Source: Abditibacteriaceae bacterium (GTDB lineage Bacteria; Armatimonadota; Abditibacteriia; Abditibacteriales; Abditibacteriaceae). From it: a stretch of DNA of 55,519 nucleotides. Position 1 is the stretch's first letter; each line of letters begins with the position of its first letter. The notes below the pieces were generated by a model. That model had not been told where the DNA came from and searched no databases. It saw only the letters and a program-made list of their open reading frames with translations. A program made the translations under genes and the position numbers. Positions 28,346 to 38,129 of the stretch are shown one piece after another. The DNA is taken from NCBI GenBank assembly GCA_031372065.1, contig JANMKN010000403.1:1-55519 (forward strand). Reading direction: 5' to 3'.

Positions 28346-31300
28346 ATGGATTCAACTCTTAGGGAGCATCTGAACAGTTACGTTCCGCCTGCCATTTTGC
28401 GTTTCGCGATGGCGGATTGCACACCGCGCGCAATGCCTGCCGCCGAATCCTCGGCGGCAGCAATTCTTTTTGCCGATATCTCTGGTTTTACGCCGCTTGC
28501 TGAATCGCTCGCACAGCGCGGCCCAGCGGGCGCCGAGGCCTTAACGCAACTTCTCAACGATTATTTGGGCCAACTGGTCGAATTGATTCATTCGCAGGGT
28601 GGCGAAGTTTTGAGTTTTGCCGGAGATGCTTTGTTAGCGATGTGGTCTGATTCGGTCTGCGGCGAAAATCTTTCGCTTTTGACACAACGTGCGGCCTACT
28701 GCGCTTTGACGATTCAAAAGCAATTCAACAATTACGAGCCGACAGAAAGCCTTCAATTGCAGCTGCGATTAGGTATCAGTGCCGGCGAGGTGACGCTGTT
28801 GCTTGTGGGCGGTATAGAGGGCTGCTGGCAATTTGAATTAGTCGGTGAACCGTTGTCGCAAATATATATTGCGCAAGGTTTGGCAAAGCCCGGTGAGGTC
28901 GTGTTGGATGATGCAGCGTGGCACCATCTGGGAGCATATTTAACTTCAGCGGCGCAAAGCGAAGCATTGGATATTGGTTATCGCCACTTGCAAGATATTC
29001 CGGCCCCGCCAAAGCCGCCTGCGATTTCGCAAACTTTTGATGCAACGCCTGAAATAGCTTCTTTAGTGCGCGGCTATGTGCCTCAGGCGGTCTTGTTTCG
29101 CCTTGAGGCAGGCCAAACCAATTGGATAGCCGAATTGCGCCGCGTCACGGTTTTGTTTGTCAACGTCAAAGGATTGGATTACAACGTGCCGACGATTCTC
29201 GATCAAGTGCAACAAGCCGTTTGTGCCATGCAGACCACGCTGGCGCATTTTGAAGGCAGCATTCGTCAATTGATCGTGGACAATAGCGATACGGTTCTCA
29301 TTGCGGCGTTCGGCTTGCCGCCACGCACTCACGAAGACGACGCTGTCCGCGCCGTGCAGACCGCTGTAGAGATACAAGACCAATTGAAATCGCAAGGCTT
29401 GCTTTGCTCGATTGGCATCACAACAGGCCGTGCCTTTTGCGGGCCTGTCGGCAATGACCGGCGCCGCGAATATGCGATGGTGGGCAGCATTGTCAATTTG
29501 GCCGCGCGTTTGATGCAGGTTTTTCCTGACCAGATTTTATGTGATGCTCCCACTTATCAAGCGGCCAAATCGCGCTTGCAATTTGAGGCTTTGCCACCTG
29601 TCAAAGTCAAAGGCAAAGCCGAACTGGTGCCGATTTTTCTGCCGCGCCGCGAAAGCGTGCAACCGCAGGTTGTAATTGCAGCCGAGCAAAATTCCATGCT
29701 GGGGCGCCACGCCGAGCGAAAAGAATTAACAGAGCGTTTGGATGCGTTGAACGAGGGAATGGGCGGCGTGGTGGTGATTGAAGGCGATCCCGGCATAGGC
29801 AAATCGCGCTTAGTGGCCGACCTGCTTGTTCAAATCAAAAACAAAAACTGCGCGACTTTAATCGGTGCCGGAGATGCCATCGAACCTTTCACGCCCTATC
29901 TGGCATGGCGCCCGATTTTCGCTCGGATTTTAGGCGTGGATTCACTCACCGAATTGCAAGCGCGCCGGACGCAAGTTTTGAATTTATTTGAGAATGAACC
30001 GAAATTAGCGACACCCGAAATCTTGCGGTTAGTGCCGTTATTAAATAGTGTTTTGCCTTTGGATTTTCCTGAAAACGATCTCACCAAAGAAATGGGCGGG
30101 CAGGTGCGCGCCGATAACACGCGCAACTTGCTGGGGCGTCTTTTGCAGGTATTCGCCTCAAAAAAGCCAACGGTTTTAATTATCGAAGACGCACATTGGC
30201 TCGATTCCGCCTCGTGGGTGCTGGCGCTTATCGCTCATAACCGAGTGAAGCCCTTGCTGATAGTTATTGCCACGCGTCCGCTTGCAGAGCCGATTCCGGG
30301 CGAATACAAGCAGCTTTTACAAGCGCCGGGCGCCGAATTATTAAAGTTGGAAGCGCTGCCTGCCGACAATATGTTAGACCTCGTTTGCCAGCGATTAGGC
30401 GTCACCACGCTGGCGCAATCGGTAGCCGATTTAATTCAAAACAAAGGTCAGGGAAACCCCTTTTTCAGCGAAGAATTAGCTTATTCGTTGCGCGAAGCGG
30501 GCACGATTGTCATTAAAGACGGTGAATGTCGCGTGGCGCCGGAAGTCAATCTTGATACCATCACATTGCCCGACAATGTTCAGGGCGTGATCACCAGCCG
30601 TATAGACCGCTTGGCGCCGTCACAGCAATTGCTTTTGAAAACGGCCAGCGTGATTGGCCGTGTCTTTCCTTACAAAGTGCTGCGCGATATTTACCCCGGC
30701 AAAACCGATATTTCACAACTGCCAGATTATTTGGAAGGCCTTGAACGGTTGGATATTACGCCCAAAGACACACCAGAGCCGAATTTAGCGCATATTTTCA
30801 AGCACGTTATCACGCAGGACGTGAGCTACAATTTGATGCTTTTTTCGCAAAGGCGCGAATTGCACCAAACCGTGGCGCGCTGGTATGAGGAAACATACGA
30901 CGAAGATTTGTCTTCGTATTTTCCGTTGCTGGCCCATCACTGGGGCCGTGCTGAGGTGCGGGCCAAAACCATCGAATATTGCGAAAAAGCGGGCAAACAA
31001 GCCTTGCGCAATGCCGCTTATCAGGAAGCAGTCGGCTTTTTTGAGCAAGCGTTGGCGCTGGGTGCCCTCGAAATTCCAGCCTCTGCGAAAACCAAGGAAA
31101 ACTCCTTGCGGCGCGCCCGGTGGGAACGACAACTCGCGGAAGCGTTAATCGGCGTGGGGCGCCTTTTGGAATGCCGGGCGCATCTCGAACAAGCGGCGCT
31201 TTTGCTACACGATGCCGTCCCCGACACGCCCAAGCGGCTTGCTTTAGCCTTGACCTCACAAATTCTGCAAGTGGCAAACCACCGTATGCGACCTGCATTG

Positions 31301-32494
31301 CAAGCGACAAACACCGACGACAAGCACCGCTTTCTTGAAGCCGCGCGCGTCTATGAGCGCTTGGCGCAAAGCTATTTCCATGACAACCAAGTGGCGCGTT
31401 CGCTTTATTGCAGCCTGCATTCGCTCAATTTGGCGGAAGTCGGTGGCCCTTCGCCTGAACTGGCACGCGCCTGTGCCAGTGCCAGCATTACCACTGGCCT
31501 CGTGCCTTTGCGGCGTTTGTCCGATTATTATGACCGGCGCGCCATCGAAATCGCCCATTCAACCGGTGAACTACGCGCCACAGCGTGGGTTATCAACCTT
31601 TCGGGCTTATGTAGCATGAATATCGGGGCTTTAAATCAAGCGCGCCGCTTAATGGAGCAGTCCGTCGTTATGGCCGAAGAATTGGGAGATCGCCGTCAAA
31701 CGATAGAATCTCTGGCTCTTCTCACTTTAAACAACTATTACGCGGGCCGCTTCGCCGAGGCCAATCAGCAAGCTTTTCAGCTTTACGAGGCCGCGCTGCG
31801 AAACGGAGATATTCAAGGTCAGGTGTGGGGATTTTGTTTTCAGTCCATCAACTTGTTAATCATGGATAAAGTCGAACAGGCCGCTATGCTTATGGAAGCG
31901 GCGGAAATAATGCTGAAGGAAAATGTGGGCGCCAGTTTGGGCACGCAGGAGCGCATGGAGGTTTACGGCGCGTTGGCCTTGGTGCGCTTGCGTCAGGGCG
32001 ATTTGCAAGGTGCGCGACAAGCCGCCGACGAATTGTTGCCCATCCTGATGAAACCACCTACCACAGCCGCGATATTTTACAGTTACATCAATGCGGCAGA
32101 GGTCTATTTTAGGTTGTGCGCCAACCCGCAAGGCAAATTCACGAACGATAAGGTCTTAAGGAAGCAAGCCGTGCGCTCATGCGCCGCATTGCGCAAATTC
32201 GCGCGCGTTTTTCCTTTGGGGCAAGCGCGCGCTTTCCTTGCTCAAGGCGAGTTGGCGTGGCTCAAAGGAAAACCCCGCACAGCCTTTGGGATGTGGCACA
32301 AGGCCTTGTTGGCCGCAGAACGCCTTGAAATGCCTTACGAACAAGCCTGCGCGCACTATAAAATCGGAAACCACTTGCCAAACGCCGCTCCGTCACGTTT
32401 GATGCATTTGCAAAAGGCCAGCACCCTTTTTAAAGAATTAAACACTATTTATAATCCCAATCAAGCGCAAGAAGTTTTGCATATAATGGCGTAG
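28346..32494 (+). CDS. Soluble adenylate/guanylate cyclase-like protein (two class III cyclase domains, STAND NTPase, TPR)
   Basis: LFADISGFT, FAGDA, VNLAARLM, Walker A GDPGIGKS, Walker B IIEDAHWLD, GNPFF, helical C-terminus. Confidence 0.9.
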   Translation: MDSTLREHLNSYVPPAILRFAMADCTPRAMPAAESSAAAILFADISGFTPLAESLAQRGPAGAEALTQLLNDYLGQLVELIHSQGGEVLSFAGDALLAMWSDSVCGENLSLLTQRAAYCALTIQKQFNNYEPTESLQLQLRLGISAGEVTLLLVGGIEGCWQFELVGEPLSQIYIAQGLAKPGEVVLDDAAWHHLGAYLTSAAQSEALDIGYRHLQDIPAPPKPPAISQTFDATPEIASLVRGYVPQAVLFRLEAGQTNWIAELRRVTVLFVNVKGLDYNVPTILDQVQQAVCAMQTTLAHFEGSIRQLIVDNSDTVLIAAFGLPPRTHEDDAVRAVQTAVEIQDQLKSQGLLCSIGITTGRAFCGPVGNDRRREYAMVGSIVNLAARLMQVFPDQILCDAPTYQAAKSRLQFEALPPVKVKGKAELVPIFLPRRESVQPQVVIAAEQNSMLGRHAERKELTERLDALNEGMGGVVVIEGDPGIGKSRLVADLLVQIKNKNCATLIGAGDAIEPFTPYLAWRPIFARILGVDSLTELQARRTQVLNLFENEPKLATPEILRLVPLLNSVLPLDFPENDLTKEMGGQVRADNTRNLLGRLLQVFASKKPTVLIIEDAHWLDSASWVLALIAHNRVKPLLIVIATRPLAEPIPGEYKQLLQAPGAELLKLEALPADNMLDLVCQRLGVTTLAQSVADLIQNKGQGNPFFSEELAYSLREAGTIVIKDGECRVAPEVNLDTITLPDNVQGVITSRIDRLAPSQQLLLKTASVIGRVFPYKVLRDIYPGKTDISQLPDYLEGLERLDITPKDTPEPNLAHIFKHVITQDVSYNLMLFSQRRELHQTVARWYEETYDEDLSSYFPLLAHHWGRAEVRAKTIEYCEKAGKQALRNAAYQEAVGFFEQALALGALEIPASAKTKENSLRRARWERQLAEALIGVGRLLECRAHLEQAALLLHDAVPDTPKRLALALTSQILQVANHRMRPALQATNTDDKHRFLEAARVYERLAQSYFHDNQVARSLYCSLHSLNLAEVGGPSPELARACASASITTGLVPLRRLSDYYDRRAIEIAHSTGELRATAWVINLSGLCSMNIGALNQARRLMEQSVVMAEELGDRRQTIESLALLTLNNYYAGRFAEANQQAFQLYEAALRNGDIQGQVWGFCFQSINLLIMDKVEQAAMLMEAAEIMLKENVGASLGTQERMEVYGALALVRLRQGDLQGARQAADELLPILMKPPTTAAIFYSYINAAEVYFRLCANPQGKFTNDKVLRKQAVRSCAALRKFARVFPLGQARAFLAQGELAWLKGKPRTAFGMWHKALLAAERLEMPYEQACAHYKIGNHLPNAAPSRLMHLQKASTLFKELNTIYNPNQAQEVLHIMA

Positions 32495-32603
32495 CCCTTT
32501 CGTAGCGTTTAATTTTGCCGTTTGCTATTCTTCCATCCTCACAAAATTCTTAGTTACCCAAAGTATTGCGGCGCGTCAAAGCGCGCGAATCGGCTTTGAT
32601 TTA

Positions 32604-34052
32604 TTGAAAAATATGCAACAGAATATTCTGGCCGTCCGCCAGTTGCCGCCTTCGGGATTGCGCCGTTTTATCATTGGTTGGGTTGCCGTTTTGGTCGCGG
32701 GTTTTGTCTTATTGGGCAGCGGATTATCGTTTTCCATTGGTCGTTTGCACGCCCAAACCGAGAAAATCTACAAAGACAGCCAAAGTTTACAGGTCAATCA
32801 TCAATTGGAAGCCGACGCGCTCGCTGCCGAGCGGTTGGCGCTGCTTGACAAAAATCAAAACGACACGCGCCGCCTTGCGCAGCGCAACGAGGTCATTGCC
32901 GACGGCCAAAAAACCCTGCTGATATTGAATGATCTGTCGCAAGATGCCATCGAACGCCCGATGGCTGCTGAAATCGCGCGGCGTTTCGAGGCGCTCACGA
33001 GCGGGCTGCAAAATCCGGCCACACACGAAGCACAGCAACAATTATTGCTGGATGATTTATTGAAAACTTTGGGCAAGCATCGCACTTTGCAACGCCAGCA
33101 AATGGCGCAAACCAAAGAGGCCAGTGCGCGCTTGGATCGCCTGACAGATAATTGGGTCATCGCCCTTTTGCTGATCTCGTCGCTAATTTTACTCATGGGC
33201 GTGGCCGAGTTGTGGCAGCGCATTTTCAAGCCAGCGCTCGAATTGGAAACAGCCGCCCGCGCCTTTGGCGGTGGCAATTTAAAAGCGCGCGCCATAGTGC
33301 GTCGGCCCGATGAAATGGGACGCTTGAATGAAACCTTCAACGCGATGGCACAAGCTTTAAGCGACCGCGAAAAAGAGCGCTTGCATTTTGTGGCGACCGT
33401 GGCGCACGACTTGAAAAATCCGCTTGTCGTCATCTGCGGCGCGGCGCATTTGCTGGAAAATAAATCGGAGGTTTTGCCGCCCGAAGAACGCCTGCGCTGG
33501 ACAAAAAGCATCGCGCGCAACGCGCATCAGATGGAAAACCTCATCGGCGATTTAACTGACAGCGTGCAAAACGAAACCGGCCAGTTGAATCTGCATTGTG
33601 CCCCTTTCGACTTGGCTGTTCTCACGCGCGAAGTGATGCAAGACCAAGCTGCCAGCGTGCAAACGCACGCGTTGCGCTGGACTGCCGAAAACCGATGTTT
33701 AATCAACGCCGATAAGCGCCGCATCGAGCGCGTTTTGATGAATCTGGTCTCCAACGCCATCAAATACAGCCCGGCGGGCCGCGAAGTGTGGGTGAGCGTG
33801 ACGACGACGAATAATCATGCCCTTCTCGAAGTGCGCGACGAAGGCGCCGGCATCGCGCCGGACGAGTTGAAAACCTTATTTCGTCCCTTCGCGCGCCTCG
33901 AACGCACCAAAAGCATGGCCCAAGGCACCGGACTGGGCCTGTCGTCGGTCAAAAAGATCGTCGAAGCGCATGGCGGCACCATCGAAGTCGAAAGCCAAGT
34001 CGAAAAAGGCACCACCGTGCGCGTTAAACTGCCGTTAGCTGCCAAAGAATAA
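32604..34052 (+). CDS. Membrane sensor histidine kinase (HAMP, HisKA, HATPase_c)
   Basis: Two transmembrane segments, DEMGRLNETFNAM, AHDLKNPL, NLVSNAIKYS, DEGAGI, GTGLGL. Confidence 0.92.
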   Translation: MKNMQQNILAVRQLPPSGLRRFIIGWVAVLVAGFVLLGSGLSFSIGRLHAQTEKIYKDSQSLQVNHQLEADALAAERLALLDKNQNDTRRLAQRNEVIADGQKTLLILNDLSQDAIERPMAAEIARRFEALTSGLQNPATHEAQQQLLLDDLLKTLGKHRTLQRQQMAQTKEASARLDRLTDNWVIALLLISSLILLMGVAELWQRIFKPALELETAARAFGGGNLKARAIVRRPDEMGRLNETFNAMAQALSDREKERLHFVATVAHDLKNPLVVICGAAHLLENKSEVLPPEERLRWTKSIARNAHQMENLIGDLTDSVQNETGQLNLHCAPFDLAVLTREVMQDQAASVQTHALRWTAENRCLINADKRRIERVLMNLVSNAIKYSPAGREVWVSVTTTNNHALLEVRDEGAGIAPDELKTLFRPFARLERTKSMAQGTGLGLSSVKKIVEAHGGTIEVESQVEKGTTVRVKLPLAAKE

Positions 34053-34704
34053 ATGAAATGCCCCCACTTTTTGAAGACCGCAATTCTGCTTCTCGTGCCG
34101 CTTGCCTTGTTCACTTACATTGCCCATCTTAATTCGTGGCGATCCAAGGTAATTAATATAGGAGTGAGTCCCGATGCGATGAAGTTCTCCTCCGATGGCC
34201 GCTATTTGCTGGTGACCAGCGACAATTGGGATTGCCGTTTTTCGCCCTCCCCCTGTTTTGTGACGTCATCCGATACCAAGGCGTGGGACATCAAAACACT
34301 TCAAGCAAGCGGCACCCTGCCTCTTGAAACTGGCGAAAGTGGGCAAAAGAGTGACCCAAAAGTGGATAATCTACCTTTGTCGCCACTGGAACAACTCTAC
34401 CAACGATTTTTTGTTGTTCTGCCTGACAACAAAACTGTCGTGGTCGAAGAAATTTCCTTAGGTCTGGATGACTTTGGCTATCACAAGATTGAATTTTGGG
34501 ATTTGGTTACGAGAAAGCGCCGGTTCGCCTTAAATGTTCAAGACTACTTTCGGCAGCCTTTTAGCGCGTCGCGAACTGGTTTATGCGTTCTCTGGAACAC
34601 GAAGGGCGCAATAGAAATTTGGAATTATTTTACGGGAAAGAGGGCAATGATAATCAACGGTGGACATTTCAGCGATCCTATCATTTCACCTGATGGGTCA
34701 ACGG
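34053..34704 (+). pseudogene. WD40-like beta-propeller protein truncated by the IS
   Basis: N-terminal TM/signal, FSSDGRYLLV, KAWDIKT, IEFWDLVT, IEIWNY and ISPDGST, which ends at the IS terminal repeat. Confidence 0.75.
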
Positions 34705-34889
34705 CACGGTCATTCAGTTCTCTGAAAACCAATCAAATTCAGTGCTTTCCAAGGTTGGGCAGCACAAGCACGGCACGCTGCCGCGATATTGGTGGTGCCA
34801 TTGCAGCGTAGCAGCCCGATGGCCGTATTGCGCATGGCAGCCAAAACTTGCGGCAGGTGCCCGCTTCGCACACGAGAGCGATCTTCATC

Positions 34890-34945
34890 CCATGTAACGT
34901 CTCTTACCCAGTGCAAGCCATGTAACGTCTCTTACCCAGTGCAAG
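34890..34945. repeat. Perfect 28-bp tandem duplication
   Basis: CCATGTAACGTCTCTTACCCAGTGCAAG x2, which frameshifts the transposase C-terminus. Confidence 0.95.
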
Positions 34946-35644
34946 CCATTCTCAATTTGCCAGTGGGAGCGCACCATTTTTAGTAAAGTCGCTGCATCTG
35001 CTTGCTTCTGGCTCAAACTGGTAATGCCGTAGACCGTTTCGCGTCGCACTCGTCCACTTTTCTTGCAGCGCGTTTCGCGTTGCAGTGAAAACACTTGGCA
35101 GCGCCCTGGCCAAACGAACCAAGTCAAATCCGCTGGCACACTCAGCACACAGAGTTGGCGCACTTCGATGCGACCATGCCCAACTTCACGGGTGGCGGCA
35201 AAGCGCAACGGAGGCCAAATACTCTCATCACCTACAGCTCGCACACGTTGCTTGGTTAAGCTGCTCTGCGCAATTGAGTCATTTGCCCCTCTGTTATTCG
35301 AACCTGTTTCCTTTGTTCCCTTGCGGGCACGCTCCAATAATCGCTGAATATCCGCACGCAAAGTCGGTTGGTTGCCTTTTACGGGCATTATATAGTGCCC
35401 TTTTTATCGATGATTGTTTGTGCCACCTCACGTTGCGTCAACAGAGCATCTACGGTGACAACACGCCCTTCCAGCACCAAACTTCGCAGAACTTCCTGCA
35501 CAGCAGTTATCTCGTTGCTCTTATCCTCAACGGCCTGCTGGTGCAGCGTCAATCCCAAAGCCGGACTCAACGCTGCTAACAAATGGGTGCCCGGCGCTCC
35601 TTGGCGCGCACTGCCACGCAATGTCTTGCCATCAATGGCGACTA

Positions 35645-35680
35645 CGTTTGTCGTGGCGTTTGTCGTGGCGTTTGTCGTGG
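35645..35680. repeat. 12-bp tandem repeat x3 (in-frame ATTN repeats in the transposase)
   Basis: CGTTTGTCGTGG x3. Confidence 0.9.
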
Positions 35681-36040
35681 CATTGGCCGCCAATACCTCC
35701 TGTGCCCACTGGCCCAACGTGGCTTCTAAGGCCTGATGATCCAAGTGGGTCAAGACCGTGTGTAGCGTGCCAACGCAGGGTGTCTTGCCGTTTTTGAAGC
35801 CCAGTGACTTGGCTAACTCGACTTCATAATGTTGACCCCACTCGGCCATCGCACCATAGCTGCGATAGCCGCACAGCGTGGCGGCACAGACCAAAGCCAG
35901 AATGGCAGGTAAAGGATGGCGCTTGCCCTCAGCACGCCGAAAATCCGGCACTGCGCCTAACACTTCAATCAGTGGTTTCACGTTTTCGTTCATCACGAAC
36001 CGAAGTCTACTCTCCTATTCTGGAGAACTGAATGACCCTG

Positions 36041-36553
36041 GTGAATGGGCGTAGCCTCTTGCGGCGGCGCCACGTTAGCCTCGACCAGAACGGCTTTGCC
36101 CGCACTCTGGAAGATGCTGTCGCCGACGCGCTGGATGCCGCGCTCGATTTCATGGAGCGATTGGTCTTGGCGACGCGCCAGCCCATCGGCGATCCCGAAG
36201 CCGCCATCAAGCGGCTGGGACGCTATTGGAACCTGACCGAAGCCACGCAGCAGCAAGTGCAAACTGCGCTGCTGCGCGAGCGAGAAGGTCAGCAGGACTC
36301 GCTTTACGGTTTGGTAAACGCCGTCACATTCGTGGCGCAAAGCCTGCCGGACGACGACCGCTATCACCTCGAAGTGCTGGCCGGGCAACTGGCCGAGCGC
36401 GGCATTCACGCCGCCCCGCGCGGCACGCTGGCCGAAGCGATTGACGATCCGCTGGCCGACGAAAGCGAGGTGATAGACGATGCCCAAAACGGAAGTCCCC
36501 AAAACGGAAGTCTCCAAAACGGAGACGCCACTTTCGCCGCCCTGTCTTTGTGA
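36041..36553 (+). pseudogene. 5'-truncated DUF932-like protein
   Basis: Frame begins abruptly at the IS end: VNGRSLLRRRH...SLYGLVNAVTFVAQ...RYHLEVLAGQL, resembling DUF932 C-termini. Confidence 0.6.
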
Positions 36554-36728
36554 GGAATGTCAGGTGGCGCTATGCGACTGGCTGCGGGCTTATGAAAGGC
36601 AGCAGGAAAGCACAGCGCTTGCCAGAAAGGGACGCAATCCCTTTTTGGCGCGGGCGCTGTGGCATCACGCCGCAACGCATCTGCGTCACATCCGGCGATT
36701 GATGGCGAAAGGAGGTGCTACACCATGA
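36480..36728 (+). CDS. Small hypothetical protein (CLCEEC motif)
   Basis: GAGGTG RBS 7 nt before the ATG; the stop overlaps the nuclease ATG (ATGA). Confidence 0.55.
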   Translation: MPKTEVPKTEVSKTETPLSPPCLCEECQVALCDWLRAYERQQESTALARKGRNPFLARALWHHAATHLRHIRRLMAKGGATP

Positions 36729-37549
36729 AGATCAGCGCGACGCGATTGAAGATGTATCTGACGTGTCCCCGGCAATTCAAATACGCCTACCTTGACGAAT
36801 TGCCCAGGACTATGACAGGTGCGTTGGCTTTCGGGCAAACGATTCACCGCACGTTGCACGAGATTCATCTCAGCAGCGCCGAAAGTGAATCGCCGATGGC
36901 AGTGGATAGCGCGTTTGCGGTGTTTGACCGCCTCTGGCGTGAGACGCTGCAACGCGACAAGCCAGTTTTCAAAACGGCGGAGGAATCCGAAGCCTATTGG
37001 AACTTGGCCGACGACATTTTACGCCGCTATGTGACCGCGCAGTTAGCCAAACCAAGAGACGCTCCGGCACCGTTGGTGTTGGAGTTTCCCTTTGAGATTC
37101 CGTGGTTTGATCCGGCCTGTCAGGAGTATCGAATCTGCGGCATCATTGATCGCGTGGATGAAGGTCGGCAAGGTTTGATTATCGTGGACTTTAAGTCTGG
37201 CAAGCGCAAGCCTAAAGCCGATAGCATCGGCAGCGACCTGCAATTGCTGCTTTATGCCTACGCTCTTGAAAACGTGCTGAATCAACCAGTGGAACAGATT
37301 GCCGTTTTGCATTTGCGCGACGGCACGCTGCTTCAAGCGGAGCCATCGCCCGATGCTCTGCACCGATTGCTCGATGAGGTGCTGCCCAACGTGGTGCAGG
37401 ACATCCAGCAAGAGCGATTCGCACCGCGTTACGGTTATTGGTGCCGCTACTGCGACCATAAAACTGTATGCGATGCCGAAGGCCCGCCCGAACCCGCAGC
37501 GCAAGACTTCGCAGAGGCTCACGAGATGATGCTGGCCGGACAAGGTTGA
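36725..37549 (+). CDS. PD-(D/E)xK RecB/Cas4-like nuclease with Fe-S cysteines
   Basis: SATRLKMYLTCPRQF, GIIDRVD, IVDFKSG, QLLLYA, CRYCDHKTVC; strong RBS AAGGAGGTG. Confidence 0.9.
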   Translation: MKISATRLKMYLTCPRQFKYAYLDELPRTMTGALAFGQTIHRTLHEIHLSSAESESPMAVDSAFAVFDRLWRETLQRDKPVFKTAEESEAYWNLADDILRRYVTAQLAKPRDAPAPLVLEFPFEIPWFDPACQEYRICGIIDRVDEGRQGLIIVDFKSGKRKPKADSIGSDLQLLLYAYALENVLNQPVEQIAVLHLRDGTLLQAEPSPDALHRLLDEVLPNVVQDIQQERFAPRYGYWCRYCDHKTVCDAEGPPEPAAQDFAEAHEMMLAGQG

Positions 37550-37571
37550 TCCAAATTACGAAAGGAGAGAG

Positions 37572-38084
37572 ATGGCTTACCCCACGGAAATCACCATCGG
37601 CACCGGCAGCAAGATGAGCGCGAATTATCAGAGCAACGAATTCCAGGTTTCGCTGACTTACCAACTGGAACGCGACGACGTTGATCTCGCGCAACTGGCC
37701 GAAGAGAAAGCCGCTGAAGTGGAAAACCTGCACAGCCTGATTCGCCGCCGGATGCTGGCCTTGCGCCAGAACGCCGTTGTCGAAAAGCCAGGCAGCGCCA
37801 AAGCCGCATCCAACGGCGCGGCGCGGCAAAACAAACCACCTGAAAAGAGCAGTCCCGGCGACCCGCCAATCACCGAAGCGCAAAAGCGCGTGGTGAGCAA
37901 GCTGGTCGAGCGCAGTGGTTTATAAGACGAAGAATTTCAAAAGCTCCTCGCCTGCCGCTTCGGACGCAGCACGGTGAGCGAAATCACCAACCGTCATGCG
38001 AGGTTGCTCATCGCCGATTTGCAACGCCGCATCCAGCGATTGGATGCGGCAGGCAGTCAACCCGCACCACCCGAAGGAGGTTGA
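37572..38084 (+). pseudogene. Mobile-element hypothetical protein with an internal nonsense codon
   Basis: RBS AAGGAG. PITEAQKRVVSKLVERSGL*DEEFQKLL...SEITNRHARLLIADL stays in frame across TAA 37923-37925 to TGA 38082-38084. Confidence 0.6.
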
Positions 38085-38129
38085 CGAATTATTTCACCGC
38101 GCGCCGTCGTTCGATAGCGCGCGGCTTTT

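Larger units (their letters stand above)
34710..35996 (-). pseudogene. ISAs1-family DDE transposase, split over three frames
   Basis: [74 protein letters not shown]. Frame change near 35395 and a 28-bp duplication at 34890-34945. Confidence 0.9.
34705..36040 (-). mobile_element. ISAs1-family insertion sequence (1336 bp)
   Basis: 18-bp terminal inverted repeats matching 17/18 (CACGGTCATTCAGTTCTC at 34705-34722; GAGAACTGAATGACCCTG at 36023-36040) enclosing the transposase. No flanking direct repeat. Confidence 0.88.

Noticed and set aside
36725..37549. Cas4 as part of a CRISPR system
   Set aside because: No cas1/cas2 or array nearby; the context is a mobile-element recombination module.
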